Below, piece by piece: positions 13,550-25,217 of a DNA stretch of 58,961 nt. The stretch covers positions 1 through 58,961 of the forward strand of contig MQRK01254793.1 in the NCBI GenBank assembly GCA_001938485.1, in the 5' to 3' direction. Origin of the DNA: Girardia tigrina. Lineage: Eukaryota. The notes under the pieces are model-generated. The model saw only the letters and a program-made list of their open reading frames with translations, did not search any database and was not told where the DNA came from. Positions within the stretch are counted from its first letter, which is position 1; every line of letters starts with the position of its first letter. Made by a program: the position numbers and the translations under genes.

Positions 13550-14396
13550 TAAAGTAGATTTTTCTATTTTTTTCTTATTTCTGTTTGATAACTTCAAATA
13601 TCTATATTTCAGAGTTGTAATAATTTGTTTCAATTTGACAAAAATATTGTATTCAGTTATAGAGATAATGGTTGATTTTGTTGTATCAAAATGTGATTTA
13701 TTACTGTTTTAACATTGTATATGTCATAATGAATTGGAAATGTCAGTTCACCTGAGAAACCTCTTAGAATCGTTTCATTTATAATCAATTCAACATATTA
13801 AGTAAGAAGTTGTGAGTAGCGATCCATTTTGTACCAAAATTTTTGTTTACTATGTATTAATATGATGCAAACATTATTAGTAAATATATTTAGCTAATAA
13901 AAATACATCAGATAGACTATTTACATCTGCTTCTTTCATAGATAATAAAAAGCCTATGGAATGTCGGCAAATCAAATCAGGCGTGTTCTACAATTTATTT
14001 TACAATTATTTCAAAATTAATAACTATGAATGTGTTACGTACTTTTCAAAAAACTGCAAATGCATTAAATACTATTATCAAACAAATTTAAAATTTGCAA
14101 AACTGTCTATATATATATATATATATATATAAAGACAGTAACAGTTAGAATATATTAAATTTTTTCCGCAATTCCGTAACAAGAATCAATAATGCGTAAT
14201 TAGACAATTCTTTGTTATTTAAATTGTATTTTTGTACGTAAATGTTTAGTTTATCGATGTCTTTTAGTTGTTTAACTGAAACCATTATTATTTTTTTAAA
14301 TCGTTTTTAGAACAATCTCAATGCTTTAGAAAAAAATAAATAATTAGTTTTAAAATTATAACTTTAATGCATTAAATATTGTCACTTATTTCACAG

Positions 14397-14550
14397 AACC
14401 GAATGGAGGAGAGTAAAGCCTTGTTTCGTACAATAATCACATATCCTTGGTTTCAAGATTCATCAGTAATTCTTTTCTTGAATAAGAAAGATCTGCTTGA
14501 AGAAAAAATTCAATATTCACATTTAGTTGATTATTTTCCTCAATTTGATG
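14397..14550 (+). CDS. GNAQ: G-alpha-q exon (NKKD motif)
   Basis: 154-nt exon [19 protein letters not shown]...[13 protein letters not shown]...YFPQFD, followed by a 40-nt intron. Confidence 0.97.
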
Positions 14551-14590
14551 GTTAGAAATAGCGAATTATATTTTTAATAATATCAAATAG

Positions 14591-14698
14591 GTTCCCAAAG
14601 AGATGCTGAAGCAGCTAGAGATTTCATTTTGAAAATGTTTGTTGATTTGAATCCTGACCCTGAAAAGATTATTTATTCTCATTTTACTTGTGCAACTG
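14591..14698 (+). CDS. GNAQ: G-alpha-q exon (TCAT motif)
   Basis: 108-nt exon (G)[35 protein letters not shown]; ag/gtatgt boundaries. Confidence 0.97.
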
Positions 14699-15372
14699 GT
14701 ATGTATATGTATAATTTTTATTAATAATTTCCATATTATAAACACAGAGGTACAATTATTAAATTTGAATTTAGAGTAGTTCATTTTCTTTTTGCTGATA
14801 AAATTTAAATAATTTTAAAACTAGTAAATTTTAAATTAAAATTTTAAGTTTTTTTAACAATATTCGAAATTATCTTTTAAAATCTAGTTTCGTATTATAA
14901 TTGATATAAGTATATATTTTTTGAAAATAATAAATTTGACTAAAATAATTTTTAATATTTTGGAATAAAATATTTTTAAAATTTAAAAAAAAATAATAAT
15001 ATTTTTGAATAAATAAAATTAAATTAAAATCAAATTAATTATTATTTTTAAATTTTCAAAATAATTTCAAAAATATTTATAAATTTTACTCCGTTTATTA
15101 TTTTAAAATTCTGATTTAAAATCTTTTAATCATTTTTCTATAAAAATAAATCGATTTTAATTAATCTAAAATTTTTTGGTTTTATATAATAATTTAATTT
15201 TTGTTGCTTTTTTTAAAAAAAAATCATTTTTAACTTTTATTAAAGTTTTATAAACTTTATGTATTTTTTATGCATTAATTTAATTTTTAAAACTTTTTAA
15301 TTTAAACAAAATATTTTAAATTATTTGGCGAAGTGAAAATTTTAAATAACTCCTCATATCCCCCTTCTTTAA

Positions 15373-15595
15373 CCCTTTCCTGGCTGAATTAAAAATCCTT
15401 AAATCACTTTCTGCAACTTTCAAATGATAAAAATAAAAGGACGGTTGACAAAATACGTGTTAAAATAATTTTTCTTTAAAAGAAAAATCTTCCTTATTCA
15501 TCAGGATAAAAATTTTATTCATATTTTTTCCATGGATGCCTATAAAATATTAAAATGAAACATGATTCCATATGACATCAATAGTCAGGAAAGGG
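15373..15595. mobile_element. piggyBac-type MITE (223 bp)
   Basis: TIR CCCTTTCCTG(G/A)CT, TTAA on both sides. Confidence 0.85.
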
Positions 15596-16151
15596 TTAAG
15601 AATTTTCGCATTTTTTCACGTTTCGATCCCAAATTCTTCTAATTTCATGTCTTAGTTTATATCTTCAGTCTATCGCATTATACGGTCATTCATATTTATC
15701 TTTATTCGTTATTTCCTTTTCCAACTTGACTAGTACTTCATCTCAGATTTTGAAATTTCTTCTGGTTGTTGTTTCTTCCTTGTCATTCTTTTGTCGTAAC
15801 TTTATATCTCAACTATGTGGTCCTTCTCTGTATATTTTTTTCAGAATATTATTCCTGTCGGACTTTTACCTGTTATTTTCTTAAAATTTGCTTTTAAGGT
15901 AACAATTCAATTTCAACCATTCATTTTCACATAAAAACGGAACTATTATATTATTTGCTTTTCTTAACAATGAAAACATTGTTTTTTGCTAATAAAATTC
16001 GCCAGTTAAGGGATTATTAATATAAACAATATTAATTTTAATTTCCTATTCATTATTTTATTTTAATTTTTTTATTTTAATAAACGATTTTATTTTTAAT
16101 GAAATGTCATTTTTTCTAGAAATTTATTTACAATGAAATTATTCTCACTAA

Positions 16152-16310
<159 letters not shown>

Positions 16311-17148
16311 ACTGTTCTCATTTGCACCGACACCCAATAATAGCGAGTTGCACCTAATCATCTGAAATCAGTTGTCCGAGTATTTTTAAGGCAATATATA
16401 TATATATACATATATGCACATTTTATCTCAAAATTGAACCCAAAAACAATTGATCAATGATTGTCAAAAACTGTTTTGTGTTGCGACTGATGTATATAAT
16501 AAGATATAAATAGGCAAACGATTTTCCTTCACGGACATAATTTTATTATGTTAGATTTATGTTAGAAAAAAATCTGAGATTAAAGTTTTTTTGGTAAAGG
16601 CATTGGAAGAAAAAACGCACAATTATTATTTGTATTTTTCTCGATGTTAAATTTGTGTATTTTATGGTGAGCTAAACTTGACATAGACGGACAATGATTT
16701 AATTCTTTTTTGGTTCTCGCAATGCCTTGTTATTGTCGGGCATTATATTATCGGCGATTGATTCGCTTCTGTTGGACTCTGTTTTGATTATTAGGCCATT
16801 TTGTAAGCCAAAAAAATTCATGTTTAATATTGATTTTCAATGGTGAAGGTGGAATGATTATTATTTTTATTTTTATTATTATTGTTATTTAACACACATT
16901 TGCAGTATTTTTCAAGGCTTAAATATATTTGAATTTCAAATGATTTTTCGCTATTTTATGTGATTGATTTATAAACCAAATATTTAGTTGGAAAATTTGA
17001 AAAAATATTTTATTTCTGGTTTCTTTTAATAGTCATATTTTCATTAATTTGAAATTTTAGAACTTCTGGTTGATAAATTTTTTTCAAACAAACTGTGTTG
17101 GGATGTAAGGTGCTATAAAAATGAATTAAGACAGACATTCTCATATAA

Positions 17149-17188
<40 letters not shown>

Positions 17189-17238
17189 NNNNNNNNNNNN
17201 NNNNNNNNNNNNNNNNNNNNNNNNNNNNNNNNNNNNNN

Positions 17239-18490
17239 GAGCTTTATACTTTGTTTATCTACTTTGATATGTATATAAGTTTAAATGCATTAGTGTTAGA
17301 TATTATTTGAAATCTTATGCCTAGATGTATATTCCTATAGCCATTATTAACATATTGTTGTTATTTTTTAGAATATTTATGGTGCTAAATTAATAATGGA
17401 AAAATTTTAATTCGAGCAATTTTCTTGTACGAATTTAAACTGGGTCGTAAAGCAGCAGAAACTGCTCGCAATATCAATAAAGCGTTTGGCAATGGAACAG
17501 CTTCTGAGCGCACAGTGCAACGATAGTTCCGAAAATTTTCTGATAGAGATGAAAACCTTGAAGATGAAGAAGGTCGTGGTCGTCTAGTTGCTGTGAACAA
17601 CGACAATTTGAGGACAATGGTGGAAACAGATTCCCATACAACAATCAGAGAACTTGCAGATGGGTTGGGCATTAGTCATTCAACAGTCTGGATCATTTAA
17701 AACAACTTGAAAAAATGAAGGAACTTGATAAATGGGTTCCACTTGATTTGAATGAAAATCAAAAGAACCGACGCTATGAAATTTGTTCTGCCAATCATCT
17801 TCGCATTAAAAACGATCCATTTCTTGATCGTATTGTTTCCTGTGATGAGAAATGGATCCTGTATGATAACCGACGTCGATCTGCACAGTGGTTGTACAAA
17901 GATGAAGTACCGAAACACTTTCCAAAACCATAACTAACACCCCGTAAGGTTATGGTGACAGTTTGGTGGTGTGATGCTGGAATCATCCCCTATAGTTTCT
18001 TGAATCCAGGTTAAACAATCACAGCGGAGAGGTACTGTCATGAAATTGATGAAATGTATAAAAAATTGAAAACCCTTTGTCCGCGATTGGTCAATCGAAA
18101 AAGTTCCATCCTTCTTCATGATAACACTAGACCTCATATTTCAAAAGTGACTCTTCAAAAGCTTAATGAGTTGGGCTATGAAACCCTGCTTCATCCACCA
18201 TATTCACCAGACCTCTCGCCAACGGACTTCTACTTTTTCAGGCATTTGTACAACTTCCTATGTGAAAAAATTTTCAAAAACCAAAATGATGCTCAAAATG
18301 CCTTCCAAGAATTCGTCGCTTCGAGAACCGATACATTTTATGCTGATGGAATAAAACAACTCGTTTCTTCTTGGCAAAAATGTATTGATGCCAACGATTC
18401 ATACTTTGATTAATAAATTTTTGTTTCTGTGAATTTGCACGTCTTTGAAGTTTGTGTCCCAAAATCGCCATTATTTTTCGACCAACCTAA
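17239..18490 (+). mobile_element. Mariner element copy B, near-identical to 2459-3749 in opposite orientation; 5' TIR lost in gap
   Basis: Reverse complement of copy A over about 1.25 kb; WVPLDL, CDEKW, HDNTRPH, YSPDLSPTDF; 3' TIR followed by TA. Confidence 0.93.
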
Positions 18491-18534
18491 TATATGTAGT
18501 GACCTTCTTTATATTATATAAATAAGAAAATTAA

Positions 18535-18765
18535 CCCTACAATGCCAATTTTTTTAATTATCATAAAACACGCGGCCAGTATTACAAACTGAACTGTCAT
18601 TTTTGTTGACAAAATATATTGCATCTATGACTTTATGGGCAGTTATCATTCCATAGACAATGTTTTTGGTTCACAGTATGTAAACAAGCAAAGAATATCA
18701 CGTGATTAAAAGATATTGAGGTAAAATATGGTTGATTCAAATATGAATCACGGCGCATTGTAGGG
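18535..18765. mobile_element. piggyBac-type MITE (231 bp)
   Basis: Perfect TIR CCCTACAATGC / GCATTGTAGGG with TTAA TSD. Confidence 0.88.
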
Positions 18766-18840
18766 TTAAATATAAAAGATTTAAATATAGATTGTTTTTA
18801 TATTTGTAATTACAGTTTATTTGGAATAAATATTTATTAT

Positions 18841-18895
18841 TGTTCTGTGGAATTTTTACTAAAAGTGGAGATATCCAAAGAAAAAAGAATCCTCC

Positions 18896-18943
<48 letters not shown>

Positions 18944-20652
18944 GGTTATGACTTTTTTAATCTGTCTTCCTGGAGCTTCAAATGAGGAACTTGTACCTAT
19001 TTATGACGAATATATCTTTTATTTCAATCACAGCTACAAAAAGTTGGCGCACCCAACACAAAATGCGGACTAAACCAAACTTAACTATTTACCAAAATAT
19101 CAATATAATTACGATAGCGTGTGTTTATATGTGTACATTCATGTTAATAAATTTCAGATTAAGATATTTTTAATTTTGGACGTCATATAAATGTTTTCCA
19201 TGGTCTTCACAGCTCTCTCGGCTACAATGTTTGATCAAGGAACATCAATAACCGAGGGTGCGTAGGCAGGATGGTGAGTTTGGGAGGAGGTCTGTAAATG
19301 CACGGACATGAGTAAAGAGACCCCCGAGAATGACTGCGAGCTGAACAACAAATAAGTGATAACCCAGAAGTACGAAAGGTCACACGAACTCACCCGAGAA
19401 TATGTAAAGCCGGAAAAACGGTGACAATGTAATGCATCGTCCATAGAGTACATCCCGTCCCGGAATTACTCGAAGAACGTCGCCAGTAACCTTTAAAAAC
19501 CCTTGAAAGAATCTACAAAACAAGAATAAAATTGTAGTTAATTAACAAAATTAATTACAGTGATTCAATCATCATATGATTGCGAGACATCTACGGATGC
19601 ACGACGCACTAAAATCCGATTCATCCTAAATAATCAATTACTAAAATGTCCGCCGAACAATAAGTAACTTACCGAACTTAACATCGCAGTAATCACAGCC
19701 GTACACTAACTGGCACCGATAAACCTCGCAGCTGTCTGTCGTTACAGACGATTGATAAATTTCGTTGATTGCAGACGAACCTGCATAGGCATCGACACAG
19801 AGAGGCAAACATCCGTCTGCAATAAATAAATAACGACATAACGGCCTGATTATAATCTCGTTCAAGTGATAAACAACCAGTTAAGATGAATTATATTGGT
19901 TACGAATCATACAATCATGTTTCCCCCCTTTCTCCTGACACTAAACAGGATACCGAGGTGCATAATTGATGATCTTACAATAGACAGCGAGTAATCGTAA
20001 TAAAAAAATAGTTACAACGAAATGCGACATTTAACCGAAACGTTAACGAATAAGATTTATGAACGAACACGAACACGAAGTTGTGTAGGAAGTCTCGAGA
20101 ATCTCGGATTTTGTACACCCGTTCGCGGTATAAATAGCGAATTCATTTCGCTTAAGCACTCAGTATTTTATGGCACAAATTCTTGGCACAATTTTTATAA
20201 CCTAGTTAGAACTAGACAAACTTATTGCACCATTATATTTACAACGCACATTTGATTTCATTAATTTTCGTTAATTATATTTCAATCGGACAGAATTTTA
20301 GAAGTATGAGTTTGTTCGTTATATGTTTATCAACTTATTATTTTTGTTAATATCAATAAATTTTAGTTATAGATAATATATTTAGTTTTATTATTTTTAT
20401 AATTTTATTTGTCCATTATCAAAATATCATTGGTCTTTCTGTCGTCCCGAGATTAATTGCGACTTACTGATTATGTATTCAGGAAAAATAAAATTGAACA
20501 AAGAGCGAAGTTTAGAAGTAAACTTGGGAGTTCGATTCGAGGTGTGGGGAAATTATAATACGTCCCCCTGGCCTTGGTGGGTAATCATGGTTCGCTATCG
20601 CCACTGTAGATAGATTCGATGTGTAAATAGGTTTAGGTTATTTCATATAACA
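18841..20652 (+). mobile_element. Probable long solo LTR (non-coding, carries a promoter-like site)
   Basis: TGTT...AACA imperfect inverted ends; TATAAATA at 20129 with Inr-like TCAGT about 32 nt downstream; AATAAA further on. No TSD found; left boundary uncertain. Confidence 0.4.
18900..18940. repeat. (TA)n microsatellite; others at about 4510-4590, 14108-14130, 17160-17188 and 25163-25217, several adjoining gaps
   Basis: Seen directly. Confidence 0.95.
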
Positions 20653-20685
20653 GTTGAGATAGATATTGCCTTGAAATGTTAAATA

Positions 20686-23409
20686 TACTGCTGAGCATAA
20701 CTTTTAAAACACATGTCATTTTGGTAGCTTCAAAGGACACATGCCTTTAATCGCGTAATTATGGTATTAATAATATTATTTATTTGTAATAATTAAAGTC
20801 AAGTATGTAATATTATAATAATCCTTGTTTAAATAATACAATCAAGTTAATATGAAATGGCGCAAGTTAATAAAAAATGAGCATATTTTTTAAAACATCT
20901 TGGAGCGGAGAATTGCCAATTTTGACAGAACATTTATTTTGCCAGTTTCAGTGTATAAAATAAAATACATGATTAAATAATTAAATTAGTAAATTGGAAT
21001 AATTAAATAAATTAAATTAAAATAATTAAATAAAAATAATAAATTAAATTAAATAAAAATTAATAAATAAAATAAATAATTTAAATAAATAATTAAATAT
21101 CATTAAATATCAGTCAGTCACATTCGAAAACAAGGCGAGCTTTGTGCATTGGCAGTGGTTTTGTTTGCATTGCATAATTGCATTGAAACAAGTCACAAAT
21201 ATTGATTTTTTTGGTGTATAATTGAGTGGTGAGCCTCATTGTTATTGTGTCAGTGGATTTTCTCTGCCAATGTGGGTATGTCTCTTTTTTTGTGAATGTG
21301 ATTGCGTGTTTGTGTGCGTGATAAGGTGTTCATTAGTTAAAGTGTGTGTGTATGTGTGTTGAATGTTAATTTGTGAATTATAATCACAATTAACAATTTT
21401 CAATTTGTCATATGTCAATTTTTCAATCCAATTAAAAACAATTTAAAAATGAAATCGTTCTTGCTCTTTTTGAACACAATTTAAAAAATTTTGGATAAAC
21501 AAGTGTCGTTAAAAAATAAAAGATGTCCTTGTGTCAATTTCAATTGTTTTCAATTCCAATTTTTTAAGTACAAAAGAGTTGTATTTCGAATTTTTGAGAA
21601 AAATGTCAATTTATTTTTTTTTAAATAATTTGAATCGAACGAACGAGAGGAATAAATTGATAAACGAAATGGCCGATAGAGAAACGAAAGTGTATAGAGT
21701 TAAATTAGCTGAATGGGCTGAGAGATATGATGGAGTGGTTGATGCGATGAGAGATGTCGCTAAAATGACCGGCGAATTGAACATGGAAGAGCGTGACTTG
21801 TTATCCGTAGCATATAAAAACGTAATCGGAAGTCGAAGAGCGTCGTGGAGGATGATGAGTAGCATCGAACAAAAAGATCCTTCTCGACTTCCACTGATTA
21901 AAGCCTACCGAAGTCAAATTGAAAGAGAATTGAAAGAAGTCTGCGCTGATATAATAGCCTTACTCGATGAGTTCTTGTTGGTGGCTTCAAATGGTGGTGA
22001 AGCTAAAGTGTTTTTCTTAAAAATGAAAGGCGATTACTACCGTTTTCTGTCAACCTCTCTTCCTAAAATATCGTGGAGACACGGTTTCCTGTCCAATCTT
22101 TTTAAAATTTTGTAATGATAGTTTATTTAATTAATTGTTTATATTATTTTATTTATTATTATATGGTATAAATTTATTTTAAAAAATTTATGAGATCAAT
22201 TGAAGAGAAAAGTTTAGCTAGAGCTTGGAAATATGAATGATTAAGTTATGCAGAAATAGCCAAACGCTTGAAAATTTCAAGGAATTCTGTAATTAATTTA
22301 TGTTATTATGATAATAAAGTAATGCCTAAGAAACGTGAACCAAAATTTATTATTAATAAAAGAAATAAAGTACTTATAAAACGAAAAATTAGCCAATTAA
22401 AAAATAACGGCAAGGGGTAAATTCAACAAAATTAAAAAATGAATGTGATCTAAATGTTTCCGTTTGGACAATTCAACGGCACATTAGAAGAATGGGTTTC
22501 AAGTATAAAAACGTTACAACAAAAATTTATTTAACCAAAAAGCATAAAGAAAAACGTGTGGAAATGATAAATAATTGGATCCGTTAAAATCAACATTGGG
22601 AGAAAACGATATTCAGTGACGAGAAGTGATTCAATTTAGACGGGCCAGATGATTGGAAGACTTGCACTACAAAAAACGAAGAAGCACATAGACAGAGAAG
22701 GCAATGTAGAGGAGGAAGCATAATGGTTTGGCTTATGACTTTACCAAACGGTTTATTGTCATATAAAGTCATTAGTGGTAAATTCAACTCAGATGCTTAC
22801 ATACATATGTTGCAAAATAATATTGTGCCATTTTTGAAATTGAATTTCGGCGATGATTTTTGGCTACAGGAGGATGATGCCTCAGTTTATAAGTTCTACA
22901 AAGTAAAAGAATTTTTGAAGAGCAGCTCAATCCAAATCTTAGATTGACCAGCTAAGAGTCCCGACCTAAATATTGTCGAGGATATTTGGAAATTAATATC
23001 AGATCAAGTTTATGATGGTCCTCAATACATCAATACAGTTAAATTGACAGAAAAACTGAAAAATGTTATTGATGAAATAAATTGATGCCAACGTCAAAAG
23101 GTGTTAGATCTATATGAATCAGTTAAAGGACGTTTATGTACAGTTTTACACAAAAAAGGTGCTTTGTACAATAAGTGATGTTTTCATGGTAAATACATGG
23201 TGTTTTAAAAATTGTGCTCTGTTTGAATTTCAGGTATTATCATTTTTCAATTTTCACTGCACCCAGTATTATTTATTTAAATATCGAGCTACTCATTTTC
23301 GCATTTTATAATACTACCATTCTTCTAAATAATAGTATAAACCATAAAATAATATGGAATCCTCATATTTCTAAAATTAGAGGTGTTTTAAAAATTATGC
23401 TCACCAGTA
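20686..23409 (+). mobile_element. Tc1-family element (outer and inner direct repeats at each end) with decayed DD34E transposase (22190 to about 23178) and about 1.1 kb of cargo
   Basis: Ends TACTG(C/G)TGAGCATAA(C/T)TTTTAAAACAC with TA flanks; inner repeats at about 20878 and 23200; IFSDEK*FNLDGPD, LQEDDA, PAKSPDLNIVEDIW. Confidence 0.88.
21669..22115 (+). pseudogene. Truncated intronless 14-3-3 (epsilon-like), N-terminal half only
   Basis: MADRE...LAEWAERY...[22 protein letters not shown]...[14 protein letters not shown], then an unrelated tail to the stop at 22115. Confidence 0.92.
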
Positions 23410-24246
23410 TAGATTTTAATAATTATTAGTAACTTTAGTATGGTATTTTCCTACCTGATTTGATTACTGATTTTACAATTTCTTTCATTATTCAAGACAG
23501 TGTTCATAAATTAGCATTTCAGGTACGGCTTAATATTTTCCCTTAATAGTTTAAAGTTTTTTGGTTTAACATTCTCTCTAATGACTTAGTAAGTTTATTT
23601 AACGATCTCCTTCAATATTTTAGTAATAATTTGTGATGGATACTTTTCATAACGATCTAATGTTTCCTTAATGGTTTCATTATATTTAGTATTGAGTATT
23701 TTCATAATGATTTAACATCTTCCTTATAGGCTTAAAGTCTGGTGACCCAGCCTTATCGGCCGAAACTCATCGTTACCAATCCCCATAATGATCGACGTTA
23801 ATCTTAATTTCCAAAAATTGACAACAATTTGATCTATAGTTATTTGAAAATTATTACTTGGTTTATTTAATAAATGGTTTGGCTGAATTTTTCAAAGAAT
23901 TGTCTACAAGAAAATGTATAATGAATAATAATGGTTATCGAGATTTTTCGATTCCTAATAATTACTTCTCGAGTAGGCTTTGAAACCTAGTGTGGCACAA
24001 AAGTCGAATTCCTGTTTATCTCTTCGTACAAATTGGTTGATTTAAAATTAGAAAGCATAATAGATACTGAATATCGGGATTTTAGAGATCAAATCGTTTT
24101 GATTACAAATTTAATTCAAAAGAGATTGACTGAAAAAATCATATTTCTGTATTAAAAGATTAATAAAAAATAATCACAATATTTTGCAACGAGAATCCTT
24201 CATCATTTGTTGACAATTTTTTTAGTCAGAATATATTAATTATGTC

Positions 24247-24629
24247 TTGTTATCTTTGAATAAACTTAACCCCCGTCGAATATCTACCCCTTGACGTAAG
24301 AACAAATAAACCTGCGGATAACATGATAAATGTTAATCTTAACTCGGACTGTTGCGGCAGCAGCGCAGTGGAAGCGTTTAACACATCCCGTCCTCCCGCG
24401 GGGTATCAAGGGGAGGGAAGTGGGTTCGATTTTTTGATTGTTGTTGCTTATTTTATTATTGTCATTATTTTTATTCTTATTATTTATATTGATCTTATTT
24501 TCATTAGTGATATACTCAATTTTATTATTTTTAATTTCATTATCTTTATTTATGTTTCTATCATTATTCATATATACATATAATACGCAAATATATATAA
24601 ATATATACCCGACATATTCAGCACCACAA
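24247..24629 (-). mobile_element. 383-bp insertion, solo-LTR-like, truncating the PP1 copy
   Basis: Flanked by ATGTC direct repeats; termini TTGT...ACAA. Confidence 0.5.
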
Positions 24630-25071
24630 ATGTCCGTATCCGTCGGTTCTGACCACAACAAATCAATTAGAGGTCCTTCCAATGGAGTATCGATCGGTCT
24701 TTCAACTCCGTGACAACAGAAGATCTCGTCTCCAATCACCGCCACATTCGGCAGATAATTACACATATTGACCAACGTTTCCCACAATTTTATATTATAA
24801 CGACGTTTACATTCATCATAAAACCCGTAGATTATCGTTACGTCCTGACTTTCGTGATTACCCCGTAACAGATAGAAACCATTCGGATATTTGAGTTTAT
24901 AGGCAAACAATAGACAAATCTTTTTCAGTCCAAAACGACTTCGATCTACATGTTCACTGTTATTATTGATGTAGTAAATATCTGTCAATTTCATTTCCAT
25001 ATCGGTTTCATTCGACTCATTTTTCCAATTTACCAGTTTTTCAATGAAAACGTTCATATCCAAATTCAATT
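24630..25071 (-). pseudogene. Intronless PP1-like Ser/Thr phosphatase copy with internal deletions
   Basis: VDR...[16 protein letters not shown]...[16 protein letters not shown]...IFCCHG...DLLWSEP; the GDxHG motif is missing; start lies in the gap. Confidence 0.88.
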
Positions 25072-25162
25072 NNNNNNNNNNNNNNNNNNNNNNNNNNNNN
25101 NNNNNNNNNNNNNNNNNNNNNNNNNNNNNNNNNNNNNNNNNNNNNNNNNNNNNNNNNNNNNN

Positions 25163-25217
<55 letters not shown>

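Noticed and set aside
15640-15670. Minus-strand CTGAAGA...GAAA
   Set aside because: No credible stem II.
21531-21668. N-terminal extension of the 14-3-3 ORF from GTG
   Set aside because: Homology starts at ATG 21669; the upstream part is AT-rich non-coding sequence.
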